Source of the DNA: Octopus vulgaris
Taxonomy: Eukaryota
Assembly: GCA_951406725.2 (NCBI GenBank)
Contig: OX597818.1
Location: forward strand, 97,092,001 to 97,156,000
DNA length: 64,000 nucleotides
Reading direction: 5' to 3'
The position numbers and the translations under genes are program-made. A model generated the notes under the pieces. The model made no database searches. It was not told where the DNA came from and was given only the letters and a program-made list of their open reading frames with translations. Of the stretch, positions 25,362 to 38,800 are shown in pieces (the first letter of the stretch is position 1; each line of letters starts with the position of its first letter).

Positions 25362-28300
25362 CACTCCTAGCTTCCTTACTATATTCCTGTTGTGCTTTAT
25401 CTGTGTGAATATTCAATGCTGCTCAAACTTACTGCATTAGTCAGTATTTACTCTACAGTCTATAACACTTACACAGTTAAAATATGTAGTAATATCAAAT
25501 TAATTAGTCTTGCTACATACATCCTTCAGCAAATGTTTTAAATTAATTTTCATAACAGCAACATATTCCTTTGTACACACTTTGTTCAGTGTTCATTTAA
25601 AAATTTTAAAATAATAAATCAATTTTTGTATGCAAAACTGAATTATGCCTTCTGAATTTTCTTGGAGCTTGACTTTCTTCACCGTGACATTCAATCCTGA
25701 AGTTTATAACATTTAGTACATGTTCCAAATAAATGTAGACTTTGTTACATTGGTGACTTTTCAATACTGGAATCTTTCTTTTGGGAATATTCCTGAAAAA
25801 ATTTTTTTATAGCATAGCTATGCTACAGAAAGTATGTTTTGCACCTATATTAACTACATTTTGTTTTGCTTGAACTTCGTGTGTGTACATTTTGCTGTTT
25901 TCAATATTATCAACTCTAGGAGTGCCTGTGTATTTCCATGTTTTTAACCTCTGTAGTAAACTACAGTAAAGGACATTTTATACTGTTTTAATGAGTCCAC
26001 ATCAAATGAAGTAGCCATTCTTAGGGTAGGTGATCCCCATGAAAATCATATTCTCATTCGTGCTTGTGATAACAACCTAAACATATTCCAGAGAATCCTC
26101 CCTCTTATGATGTTCTCCAGTATCCTATTCTGTGGAATGGTCAAGATGGGCATCATTTCAATATTCCACATATTGAATCTGCAACAGAAAGAACCAATTA
26201 CTAAAGGTGTCCTCAAATGACTTCTAATCTTACTAACTGATGCTAAGACTAGAACAATCAAATCAATTACACATGTATCGTGATCTATTTCAGCAATACC
26301 TGGTTGATATGTATGCTAAAGTTGAGTCAGCATCTCCTCTACATTCGTAACAATAAAGAAAAGTTAAGAGCTAAAAATTATGTTCATCGCCAAGATGCCC
26401 TGAGGACAGATGGTGATATTCAAAACATAGGGCAACTTATAATCCTCCCATCATTCACAGGTGGTCCTCGGTATATTCACGAGACGAACACAAGATGCTA
26501 TAACATGTCAAGACATGGAAAACTTGCAATGAAATAATCTCAAATTTGCAACATTTTCCAAAACTCTGCAATGGCAACAGTTCTCAACAAACCTGCCTCA
26601 TTGTTTGGGAGGAGTGCACTGTCACATCGTGGAGCTCCAAAGGTACTTGACTGTACCCTCCAAGACATAAAAAAAACAGCATGCTCATGGGAGGAGTAAT
26701 GGTTCTTCTTGCTGGAGATTTTCATCAAATGTTGCCAGTTGTCCCCAAAGGCTCAAAAGCTGATGAGGTTAATGCATGCTTCGAAAAATTGTACCTTTGG
26801 AGACATAAAAAAAAAACTTCATCTTACAAGCAACATCGGAATAATTCTACAAGGTGATCATACAAGCTTCTTAAGGTTGGTAATGGGATATTATTCAACT
26901 CAAGACTTCAGCTACATGAAATTACATGCAGTCAAATGATACTTTCTCTTAGGGATCTTATGGATAAAGTATTCCCTAATTTATGACAATTATACTGATG
27001 TAAACTCGCTATGTGAAACAGTTATACTAGCTCCAACTAATGAAATGGTTGAGAAACTCCATCATGAACTTCAAAAGTTAGATACATCAGAAATGACTTT
27101 TTGATTAATTGACAACAGTCGATGATCAGGTTGTTCAATTCCCTGTTGAATTTCTGGACACACTTAAACCCACTGGGATGCCACTGCATAACTTGACACT
27201 AAAACTGGGTGCTCCCTTTATGTTGCTTAAGAATCTTGGCTCATCTCACCTCTGTAATGGAACTCAATTGTTACTTCCATGAAGCCACATATCCTACAGG
27301 CAACAATCATAACAGGTAGTCACAAAGGAGAAAATGTCTTTATTCCAAACATTCCTCTCATACCCTCAGATATTCCATTTGAATTTAAGACACTTCAGTT
27401 TCCAGTTGAACTAAGTTTTGGTATTTCAATTAACAAATCCCTCCTCTCTACTACATGCTTCTCCTATGGCCAACTCTATCAGTACAATTTGGATATTTTA
27501 ATAAAATATAGGTATTTTGGAATAATTATGAGAATATATCTTTATATTGTCTACTAATCTGAATAAGAACAGCAGTAACCCAGGCAACGCTGGGTCATTC
27601 AGCTAGTATACATATATATAAAAAATTTATTTTTTCTTTTAAGCCTCTTCCTGTTGATACACTTCAAGGATGGACACTGTATTCTTTTGATAATGGTACT
27701 AGAATATGGTGGCACAACTTTACCATATCGGGTGCTAGCATTACAGTCTTTGCTTCTTTTGGTGGAGTTGCAGTGTCATCAATGGTAAGTACAATACTGT
27801 CAGCTTAAAAACTGATTGGTTAGGTAAACATTTTTTTTAAATTCTGGAAACAAATCTTGCATTCCTTCAGCAAGCTAAACTCTTTTGTAAACTTAAGATA
27901 TTTTCTTGCTTGCATGACTGGAAGATTTTGAAAATTTGGGTGTTATATATTGTTGGAACAACTGAATTTACACTGAGAGCAAGTTCTCATCCTACTTTCC
28001 ACCTGTGTTTGGGACTGGATGTCTTTGTTTTGATGCATTCAGGAGTAGTGATTTTCAATTTTTATGTTGAGCTGCATTATTTGAACTTGGCTCAAACTTA
28101 CAAGAAGACTTGTATCCATTGTATGACTAATGAAACATACACTATTATACTGCTCCTACTATATTTATTGCCAGGAGTCAGTCTTTTGTCCAGTATCTAC
28201 TTACAAATAGCAAGCTATTAAAATTAAGCATCCTTGCAATATACATATTAGTATCTGCAGCAAAGTACAAACTCAACTTGTAACCTAGAATAGTTTTATT

Positions 28301-31300
28301 TTTCATAAGTATTTTTGTATAACTTGGCTCATTTGTCAAAGAACTGCGTAAATTTTGAAACTAAAAAGAATGGGCCAGTCAAAAGATCTAATTGATAATG
28401 CGATTAAGATAAAAAGTTAATAAATATCTGAGTGCACACACACATTTGGAAAGGATAGACTTACCTGTTGTGCAAGCAGGGAGTAAATGAAACTAAACAT
28501 ATTGTCTACATTAGTGTCATTGCCAACATAGTGTAAACATTAACACTCAGACAAAAGTGCAATGAAATCTTACGAGAGAAACTTCTGATATTGTAGAATC
28601 TAATTTAAATTATGCGGTAATTAGGTGTACTAAAAGGTTAATAAATGTAGTTTTGTTTACCCTAACCAATTTGTCTTAAATTATTAATTTATCAAGCCCG
28701 TTTAACAAATTTTTAACTTGGTTTTAAGACTTCCAATGAACCATCAATTTGAATATTTTCAAAAAACGATATAGTTATGAAACAATTTTTATTACAATCT
28801 TTTTATTTTCATAATTATTACATTGAAATGTTTTATAGATGAATGTAAGAACACTGAGCGTATCTTCAATTTCTGACTGTTTAATGTACGCATCATATGG
28901 TTAATTCTTTGTATTTACAGACTGTATTCCAGGTTTTAAAAGATATCAGCCACACATGGAGTTGGAAGCCTGGTGTTATGTCCACATCGTACATTTTGCG
29001 AGGCAGCAGCAAACAGAAAGCTGATCCAAGATCATCACCTTCTTTGTCTTCAGGAAGTTACTCTTCAAAGTCAGCTAATTATGATGTCATTGCTGAAGAA
29101 CATTTAAAGAGTGTATCTGATGGTTCAAAATCATATAGCATACCTTGCCAAATGCCAATCACTAATACTGAAACTGTGACATTGCAGAGGTGAGTTTGAG
29201 TTATTCCAACTTTGAACAGTACAGTTTTAAAACTTGACCTGTTAAATACATACTTAAAAAAAAATAAAATAAATGCACCCTTTTAAAGCCTAACCAGGCT
29301 CATGGGCCCGGTTTCCCAGTTTCTATGGTGTGTGTGTGTTCCCCAGCTGGACGGGACACCAGTCCATCGCAGTGTTACTCATTTTTGCTAGTTGAGTAGA
29401 CTGGAGCAATGTGAAATGAAGTGTTTTGCTCAAGAACACAACGCGTCGCCTGGTCCAGGAATCGAAACCACAATCTTACGATCATGGTGCTGACACCCTA
29501 ACTACTAAGCCACTGCCAGAATAAATAAACTCGCATTGTAGCTATTCACAAATTTCAGTCATTATCTTAGTTTTAATGTGCTCTTTTCCATGTTTGGTTG
29601 CGCCAGATAGAATTGACTGAAGTAGATTTTCTAAGGCCTGATGCCCTTCCCTATCACTAGCCCCTACATGTTTTCATGCAAGGTAATATTTCCTTGATTG
29701 GACCCCCCCAAGTTTCATTTTCTTAACTCTGCTCTTTAACTCTATTTCTAATTGCTGTAATTAAGACTAATTTTGTGACAATGAGTTGTATTGGTTTTTT
29801 CCCTAGATATTGGGATTGTGATAACAGTGGAGGTGGTTGGTTATTGGAATCCAATGAGAAAACAGGTGACTGGAAAGTTTATATATTTCAACCTCTCAAA
29901 GGTAAACCAATATATTTTTTTTATTTCTTTTTCTCTTTAATTCATTGCTGTTCACTTTTTTTTTTTATATAAAGCTTTTTTAATAGAAAACTTTTATCAG
30001 GAAAAGTCAGTGATCACACTCACCAGGCTCTGAGACTGGTGTGAGTTATCTGGTTGATTGAGTTTAAACATTTCAAATTGATGGCTGTGAGAAGAGATGA
30101 ATTGAAAGAAAATTCCCAGGAATTGACACAGGAAGGAAAAAGTGGTATAGTGTTTAGTCAGAGGCTTGGAAAGAAGGGTATACAACTAGCTTAATCTAAA
30201 GAGCTGGTGGTGGTGGGAGTTATTTAGTGACAAAAGAATTGATAGTAAAGTGACAGTCTGATTGGTAAAACTCAACTCATCAATACACTAAAACCTCTAG
30301 TCCACAGTTTGATGGCTTTCTTTTGGTTATAACCTAAGATGTTGTTTAGCAAAAGCAGTAACACCCTTTAAGATGTGTGAGCAATAATTTATTGTGACTT
30401 TTAACTTTTTAGAAAGTTAACCGATCAGAAGGTGAGGTATTTTCTGATTCTGAATAGGAAAACTAGTTTTTGGGAGGTAGTTTTAAGCAATATAGTAAAC
30501 GGAATTTCCAGGAGAGTTTATCAGAGATTGTGTTCAGTACTCGGAGTGACTTTAAAGGATGTTTAAAAGTGGAGCAAGTTTTTAAAACTGTTTTTTTCAT
30601 GTGCTGTAATTGTATATTTGGGGGTACTTAGACAAAATTAGAGAATATTTTACTTAGCCTCTATTCATGGAAGATGTGGGTTTTGACTTGAAGTGCCTAG
30701 ATTACAGTGGGTGGCAGGCACATTTGGAAGGTTTTGGAGGAGTGAAGAGTGGTGTCATCTGCATAGGAGTGTTGGTAGAAGTGTCAATGAGACTCAAGTG
30801 ATGAGAAATACATGACTATAGGTGTGCAATTTAGTTAAGCAGTTTTTCATGCCAGGCACTGTCAAATGTAGCGATATTACTCATAACAAACCTGAAATGG
30901 TGTGAGGTCACTTGCAAATAACATGGCAGAGCCAGTCCCCAATAGTTTGGCTTTACAGGAGCCACACATGTTACTGAGGAAGGCAAGAGACTCAGGATGT
31001 CAGATAAAATGATTGTTGTTGCTTGTATTCACTTTGAGATGTTGGAAGTGAAGGCTATAGGCTGATAGTGATTTTCATGTTGAGTTTGGTAATTTTTCTG
31101 ACTAAATATAATATGAGTCTGATATAAATTTTTGCTCATGAAAAAAGGTTGCCTCTCTATTGTAAATTCATGTAACCTCAGTAATGCAATACTTCTTACA
31201 GTAGTGAAATGTCTACCAACAGCAATGTGTTGGGTCATTGAAACTTAAGTGTCTTTCCCAAAGACATAGGACAATGGCCATGATACAATACTTATTTTGA

Positions 31301-32782
31301 ACTGATATATTTGAAATGACATTTAAAAATAAATTTCTTTCATAATTTTTGGTTAAGAAGAAAAAATATTTCCCCCAACTTAGTCGAATAAGGAACTTCA
31401 ACCATTGTATGTGGGGAATATTTCCAAAGAGATTTTAAGTTTCTTAAATTTTGTCTTTAAGTTGTGATATTAAGTGAAGTTTTTTACTACTACCATCAGC
31501 GGTTTGTGTGTGCGTGTCTGTGTCTCTGGGGCTGTGTTTACGTGTGTTTATAGCTACAAAAGGTATTAGTTTCAACAACCAGTATTCCAATTGTTTAACA
31601 ATTTAATAAGCAAATCTGTTAAATCCAATTAAGTGGTTGAATATTCCACAGAAATTTGTTACCTTTAGTGTAATCGTTATACAGAATCCACATGATGTGG
31701 TGTGAGACTTTTCTGAATTTCATTGTCCTGGCCATTTGAAAGGGTATCACAAGATTGTCCACTCAGACATTTTTTTTATAAACATAAATTTTCTTTGTTT
31801 CAGATACTTTCCAGTGCTTGATAACTATTTTAGTACATGAAAAACTCCAATCTCCAATTGCTACAGCTGCCATAACTTCTCGTTTGCTTGGATCTCTTCA
31901 GAATTTTTTCTTGTACAAAAAAGTAAATCCACCAACATTTCCATACGTTTTATTTCATGTGGACAATCATAGGATGTTTATGCAGAGGTCAGCTTCCTTC
32001 AGAAGATCTGGTCATAGCAAGGACACTAGATTTTTTAATAGATTCCGGTCACTGTTAGAAAAAAAACCATCAATGAATTCCAAAATATTATCTAAAGAAG
32101 AACGCCAAAAGACTGAAGATATTCTGCGACCATTAACCTTTCCCTCAGAAGATTTAATGGCAAGTTGCTTAGTAGAAGATTCTACACACAGTCTAACCTC
32201 TTCTTCTGCATCATCTGGATCTGTAAAATCTTCAAAAGACACTCTGGATAATCAGAATAAATTAGCAGATCCTGATAAGGATAGCGTGTCAGAAGACGAA
32301 GTGGATTCAAAGACAAATGGACATGCTGTATCTGGTTCACTACCACGCAGTGCTTCAGTTCCAGAAGGTGGCTATAACATTCCTACTAATTCACCTAAGG
32401 GTATGTGCAGCAAGTTTTAATTTTTTTTTCTGATTGGATTTTCTGATATATATGTATATATCATCATTTAACGTCCGCTTTCCATGCTGGCATGGGTTGG
32501 ACGGTTCAACTGGGGTCTGGGAAGCCAGAAGGCTGCACCAGGCCCAGTCTGATCTGGCAGTGTTTCTACTGCTGGATGCCCTTCCTAACGCCAACCACTC
32601 CGTGAGTGTAGTGGGTGCTTTTTACGTGCCACTGGCACAGGTGCCAGATGCTGCTGGCAGACAGCCACGATCGGATGGTGCTTTTTACGTGCCACCGGCA
32701 CGGAGACCAGACGAAGCTGGCAACGGCCACGGTTGGATGGTGCTTTTTATGTGCCACCGGCATGGAGGCCAGTCGGGCGGCG

Positions 32783-32830
<48 letters not shown>

Positions 32831-35800
32831 CCGCTTGCTAATAGACGATGGCTAACCTCTCATGGCATGATGGCATCATCCACGGTAAAAAAAATGGGAC
32901 CTGCGATGACCTATTTGTGGTTTTTATTCCAATGCTGGGCACCTGATAGGATCGGTATTTTAAATAATGATCTTATTCATATAAATTTATATATATAGTT
33001 TTCTAAGTTAACCAGGCTACCACTAATTAAAATTTAAGTGTAGCACATAATTGGATAGGTGCTAAGTTTTTTTCCATATTTCTTATCTTAATTACTTCAC
33101 TGGTACTAACTTATTAATTATGGAATTAATGGTATTCTCTTTCAGTTTGAGTAATTAAATTGTTTAGTTAAGCTGTATCTCAAAAGTGCTAGATAAGTTT
33201 GAGCTTATTACCTGAAATAACAGACCAGAACTTGATTACTTACATCATTAAAGAAATAAGCTTTTTTTAATTTTCAGTTTTTTTTTCCTTGCCTTACATG
33301 TGCTTTTTTCTTTTTCCCTTGTTCTAGATCATCGATTTGTATTTTACCAAACAGTTGCTAATGAAGCAGCAGCTACTCTCTTAAAAGAGGTAAGTTCTTT
33401 CTTGGTTACTTTTGAAGCCACTATTGACACTACTTGTAATGGTTATTACATACAACCATTTGTGTTATTTGGGCTATTCCTCTCCTGGAACTACTACCTT
33501 TTAACATCTATCCCTCATTTCAATATTATCTCTTAGTTTATTTTCCATTGATCAACCTTTCCACCCTAAGCTACATCTTAATACAGCATCTCATTCTCAG
33601 CACCCTTTCGTATTAGGTTTGCCATTAATTGCCCCCCTCCACTTTTGTTTGCCACTTACTCTTTCCATTCCTATGTACCGCTGACCTTCATCTCGGTCAC
33701 TGTACATCTCCACTCACCCATCCCACATGTCTTTTCCCCTTCTTTCCTCTGCAGTTTTATTACACTGTTGCTCTCACTTTTTCTGTACAGCCATTTATTT
33801 CTTTCACTCCTCTCCCAACTTGTGTTTCCTATCAACCATGCCTCCAACCATGTTCAACATTCACTTCTGTAACCCCTATCTCTAACCATCTATCACATGC
33901 CACTTTTTATTCACCTTCATGTGTACCTTGAAGATATGCTCAGACACTTTTGCCATCATCTTTTTGAAATAGTGCAAGCCTTCTATAATTAGTTATTTTG
34001 CCAATTTTTTTTCCTGATATATTTAAAAAAATGTGTTTACTTGTTTCAGTCTTTGGATTGTGGCCATGCTGGGACACTGCCTTGAGGGGTTTTAGTTGAA
34101 CAAATTGCTCCTGGTATTTATTTTTAAGCCTGGTGTGCTAGCCAGATCAATTACATTCTCACCAGTGTGGTAGCCAAATCTGTTACATTCTTATCAGACC
34201 CTAACCCCAGCATAGACTAGTCATTAGTGACCTTAGACTCCAGGCCAGAAGGATGCCAAGAAGCAGACCAATCTGGAAAAGAATTTGGAAGCTTAAGGAC
34301 CCTTCAGATGGTCAGGCTTAGGGACATCCTAACTGAGAAATATGAGTGAGGAGGAGCTACAGACTTGTGACATAGAGGGCAACTGGGAATTACTGTAGGA
34401 CAGTTTACTGAGTGCCACAGACCAAATCTGCAGCTGGTGCAAAGTCCCATCCAGACCTAGGGTAATGTGGTGGTGGAATGATGCAGTATACAGGGCCATT
34501 AGAGCAAAGAAACAGGCCTGGAAGAGTTGGGGTAGCAGGAACTGTATATAGCACCACTGATGCTATATTTCTGGTAAGGCAGCTGCAGGAGAAATACATA
34601 GCCAAATATAAACCCTTGTATTTGGCTTTTGTTGACTTCGAGAAAGCCTTTGACAGTGTTCTCTGATTCCTTATCTGGTGGTCAATGCAGAAACTAGGGA
34701 TAGACGAGTGATGGGTGAGAGCTGTACAAGCCATGTATAGGAACGCTACCAGTAAGGCAGCAAAGAATTCAGGGTGCATGTTGGGGTTCACCAAGGATCA
34801 GTCCTCCAGGTAGTAACAGAGGAATTTAAGACATGCTGCCCCTGGGAGCTCCTCTATACTGATGACCTTGTTCTTATAGCTGAATCACTACCAGAACTAG
34901 AGAAGTTCCAGCTTTGGAAGCAAGGTCTAGACTTGAAGGGCCTTTAGAGTTAACCTAGCAAAAACAAAAGTCTTAGTAAGTAGGAAGGCAGACAAATCAC
35001 AAATCCATCAGGTAGATGACCTGCTCGATCTGTAGAAAAGCATAAGTATAAGCTCTATAAGCTTTGGACACATAATAGGTGCAGCAATATCAGAAGAAGG
35101 TTAACAGGGAAATAGCTTTGTGTGTGGAAGATTTACAGGTACAATAAACACCAAAAATAAAGAGAAAAGATTCCAACTGCCTGAGGTGTAAACTAGAGAT
35201 AGCTTTTGTTATCTAGGTGACCAAGTTAGTAGCTGAGGTGGATGCTCCAAGAACATAGCTATGATAATAAGAATAGGCTGGGCAAAGTTCAGAGAGCTGC
35301 TACCTCTGTTGGCAATAAAGAATCTATTCCTCAGTGAAAGGCAATTCGTATGATGCCTGTGTGGGAACAGTTATGCTACATGGCAGTGAAACGTGGGCTG
35401 TGACAGCTGAGGATATGTGTAGGCTTGAAGGAAATGAAGCCAGTCTGCTTCACTGGATATGCAGTGTGCATGTTCGACAGTGTAAGCATCTTGAGAGGAA
35501 GGTTGGGCATAAGAGGCATTAGATGTGGTGTGCAAGAGAGATGACTGCACTGGTATGGTCATGTGATGCGTATGGACGAGGGCAGCTATGTAAAGAAGTG
35601 TTGATTTCTAACTGTAGAGGGAACCTGTGGAGAGGTAGACCCGGGAAGACATGGGACAAGGTGGTGAAGCATGATCTTCAAACTTTGGGCCTCATAGAGG
35701 CAATGACTAGTGACTGAGACCTTTGGCGATATTCTGTGCTTAAGACCCGTCAAGCCAAGTGAAATTATAGCCGTGGGTGATGCTGGTGTCATGTAACTGG

Positions 35801-38800
35801 CACCCATGCCAGTGGACCATAAAAAGCACCTTTCAAGTGTTGGGCCTCACAGAGGCAAGGTGGCTGATGCTGGTGGCATGTGAAAACCTCCTTTCGAGTG
35901 TTTGGTCTCACAAGAGGCAATGACTGAGACGTTTGGTGTTATGTTTGAGAAGACCCATCAAGTAAAATTAGTCATGGCAGATACTGGTGTCACATAAATA
36001 GCATTTGTGCCAGTGGTACGTAAAAACATCCATTAGACTCTTGGAGTGGTTGGCTTAGGAAGGGCATCCAGCTGTAGAAACCATGCCAAATCAGACTAGG
36101 GTCTGGTGCAGCCTTCCAACTTGCCAGCCCAGGTCAAACCGTCCAACTCATGTCAGCATGGACAATGGATGCTAAATGATGATGGTAATTAGTCTGTTGC
36201 TCTCTCTTGCTGAACTGCTAAGTTATAGGGACATAAGCAAATCAACACCAGTTGGCAAGCAGTGGAACTGAGAAATGCATGCACACAACTGGCTTTCACA
36301 GTTCCCACTCACTATATTCACTTAAGGCTTTGGTTGTCCAAGGCTGTACTAGGAGCTGCACTGTTGGATTGAACCTGAAGTCATGTGATTGCAGTGCAAG
36401 CTTCTTAATTGCACTGATCATTTTACATGCACGTGTCTTGGGATAATGTTTTATCTGAACTAGTAATAATTTTTTATTTATACACATTATTGCTTAGTGC
36501 TGACGCCCTGTAATGTTTTATGTAATTTTGTATCTGATTTCCTTGTATGTTAATCATTCTACCATGTTAATCATTATATGATAAAAGTAGATCAAAGGTT
36601 GTTGACAACATCTATATAATAAAGTTAATTAGCATAATGCAACTTATAATATCCTGTATTTTTATCTTTCATCTATTGTACTTCAGCTTATTTTCACTTA
36701 CAGGTCTAAATATTTATTTATTCTGTTCAGTAAAATTTATCTAACTTGTTAAAAAAAATATTGCTTTGATTAAAAAAAAACAAAAGCTTTTTTGCTTCTT
36801 TATGAGTAGAAACATTGTCATTGATAAATTTTGCAGAGGAAAATTTTTTTTCTCTTTGAACCCCACAGTTCCTGTTCATCTTTTATTGCCCGTTTATCAT
36901 ATTTCTGTGAAAATGCTTTGCCTTTGTTTTGATTAATTAAAAAAAAAAATGAATTTAGTAATCAACTCATTTATTAAGCTAGTGTTTGGAACATCAGTTT
37001 GCATGAAATTTTGATGGAAAGTTTTAATTTAGACCACTTTAAAATTGAATCAGCAGAAGAGGCATTTTTATTAGATGCAATGAAACAAAATTCCTGCAAC
37101 AAAATGGGGTAGTTTTGATCTATGTATATAATAAATAAAAATCCTGTTGAAGTTAGTTGTGCTTTGCATCCCTTTTGGACCAGTGAAAGAAAGTACCAGT
37201 CGAGTACTGGGGTTGATGTAATTGACTTATCCCATCTTAAAATTGTTGTTCTTGAACCCTGCAGCAGACTAACATCTCAGTCAAGGGGAATGTTGTGATC
37301 TCAGTCACTTGTATGCCATGAAAACTAGGTAACTGGCCTTTCCATTGCTAGGGCTCCAAAAAGGGAAAAAATAAAAAGCTTTCTGCATCATTCACACTTG
37401 TAAGGTATTTAAGATTAATTATAACCAAGAAAGTAAGATGTTAACTTTTTAGATAATTGAGAAGTCAACATTTTATAATGTATTGGTAAAAGCACTAAGC
37501 ATATTTTGCATTAGATTAGCTGGAAACAGAGCAGATAAAATTAGAGAAAGAATAGCTGTTTGGAATGTTGAACTAATTGGAAACTGACAGGTAGTTATCT
37601 AGTTTATGAAATGAAACAGAACCAGTGATGGGCTACTATATATTATGTTTATTTTTCAACCATGTGAGATTGCTCTCTTTCTCTTTACAGCTAACTCTAT
37701 CCAGCAACATTGATTTACAATCTCAAACAGAGAACAACAATTTGACTGGACGTTGGGTGTAAGTAAAAGTGTTTCGAATTTTGTTGTTTAGCTAACCATA
37801 ACTAGTTAAGATCAATCAGATTTTATAATTGAATTTTAAGGCTGAATATTCTGTGTAACTAATGACTTTTAATGTTTAACCTTGTACATGTGTAAAAATT
37901 CTGTTCTTTTATTCTTTCAGTCAATTGACTGTGGCCATGCTGGAGCACCACCTTTAGTCGAACAAATTGACCCCAGAACTTATTCTTTGTAAGCCTAGTA
38001 CTTATTCTATCGGTGTCTTTGCCGAACCGCTAAGTTACGGGGATGTAAACACACCAGCATCGGTTGCCAAGCGATGTTGGGACAGACAGACACACACACA
38101 CATATATATGTATATCTACATACACGACGGGCTTCTTTCAGTTTCTGTCTACCAAATCCACTCACGAGGCTTTGGTCAGCCTGAGGCTATAGTAGAAGAC
38201 ACTTGCCCAAGGTGCCATGCAGTGGGATGTAACCCAGAACCATGTGGTTGGTAAGCAAGCTACTTACCACACAGCCATTCTTGCACCTGTATGTCTGTAT
38301 TATTTGTTGAGCTTGTCTGTGTACTGAAACAGAGGTCTTTCAGTGTAGAACATCTAATCTCTCCAACCAAGTTTTGCTTTAAAATTTCATGCATACCTTT
38401 GTGGAAGTGTCTGTTCATATATTGCTAATTTATGCCCCATTTTACTTTGCTAAGAATTGTTGGTTAACTTTTTACAAGTGTAGATATTTGCATATTTTTG
38501 GAGCAGTATGTTTATGCAAAACCCTAAAGAAATATTAAATTTTTTTAGGGTTTTACTTAATACGTCTAGATTCAACTTTTGATTATATAAGTAAGTTTTG
38601 TATATGTATAGGTATGGCTGTGTGGTTCCCATCCACATAGTTCTAGGTTCAGTCCCACTGCATGATGCCATGAGCAAGTCTTTTGCTATAGCCTTGGATT
38701 GACCAAAATCTTGTGAGTAGATTAGGTAGATGAAAAGTGAAAGCATGTGTGTGTCTGTCTGTCCCCCACCACCACTTAGCAACCGCTGTTGGTGTGTTTA

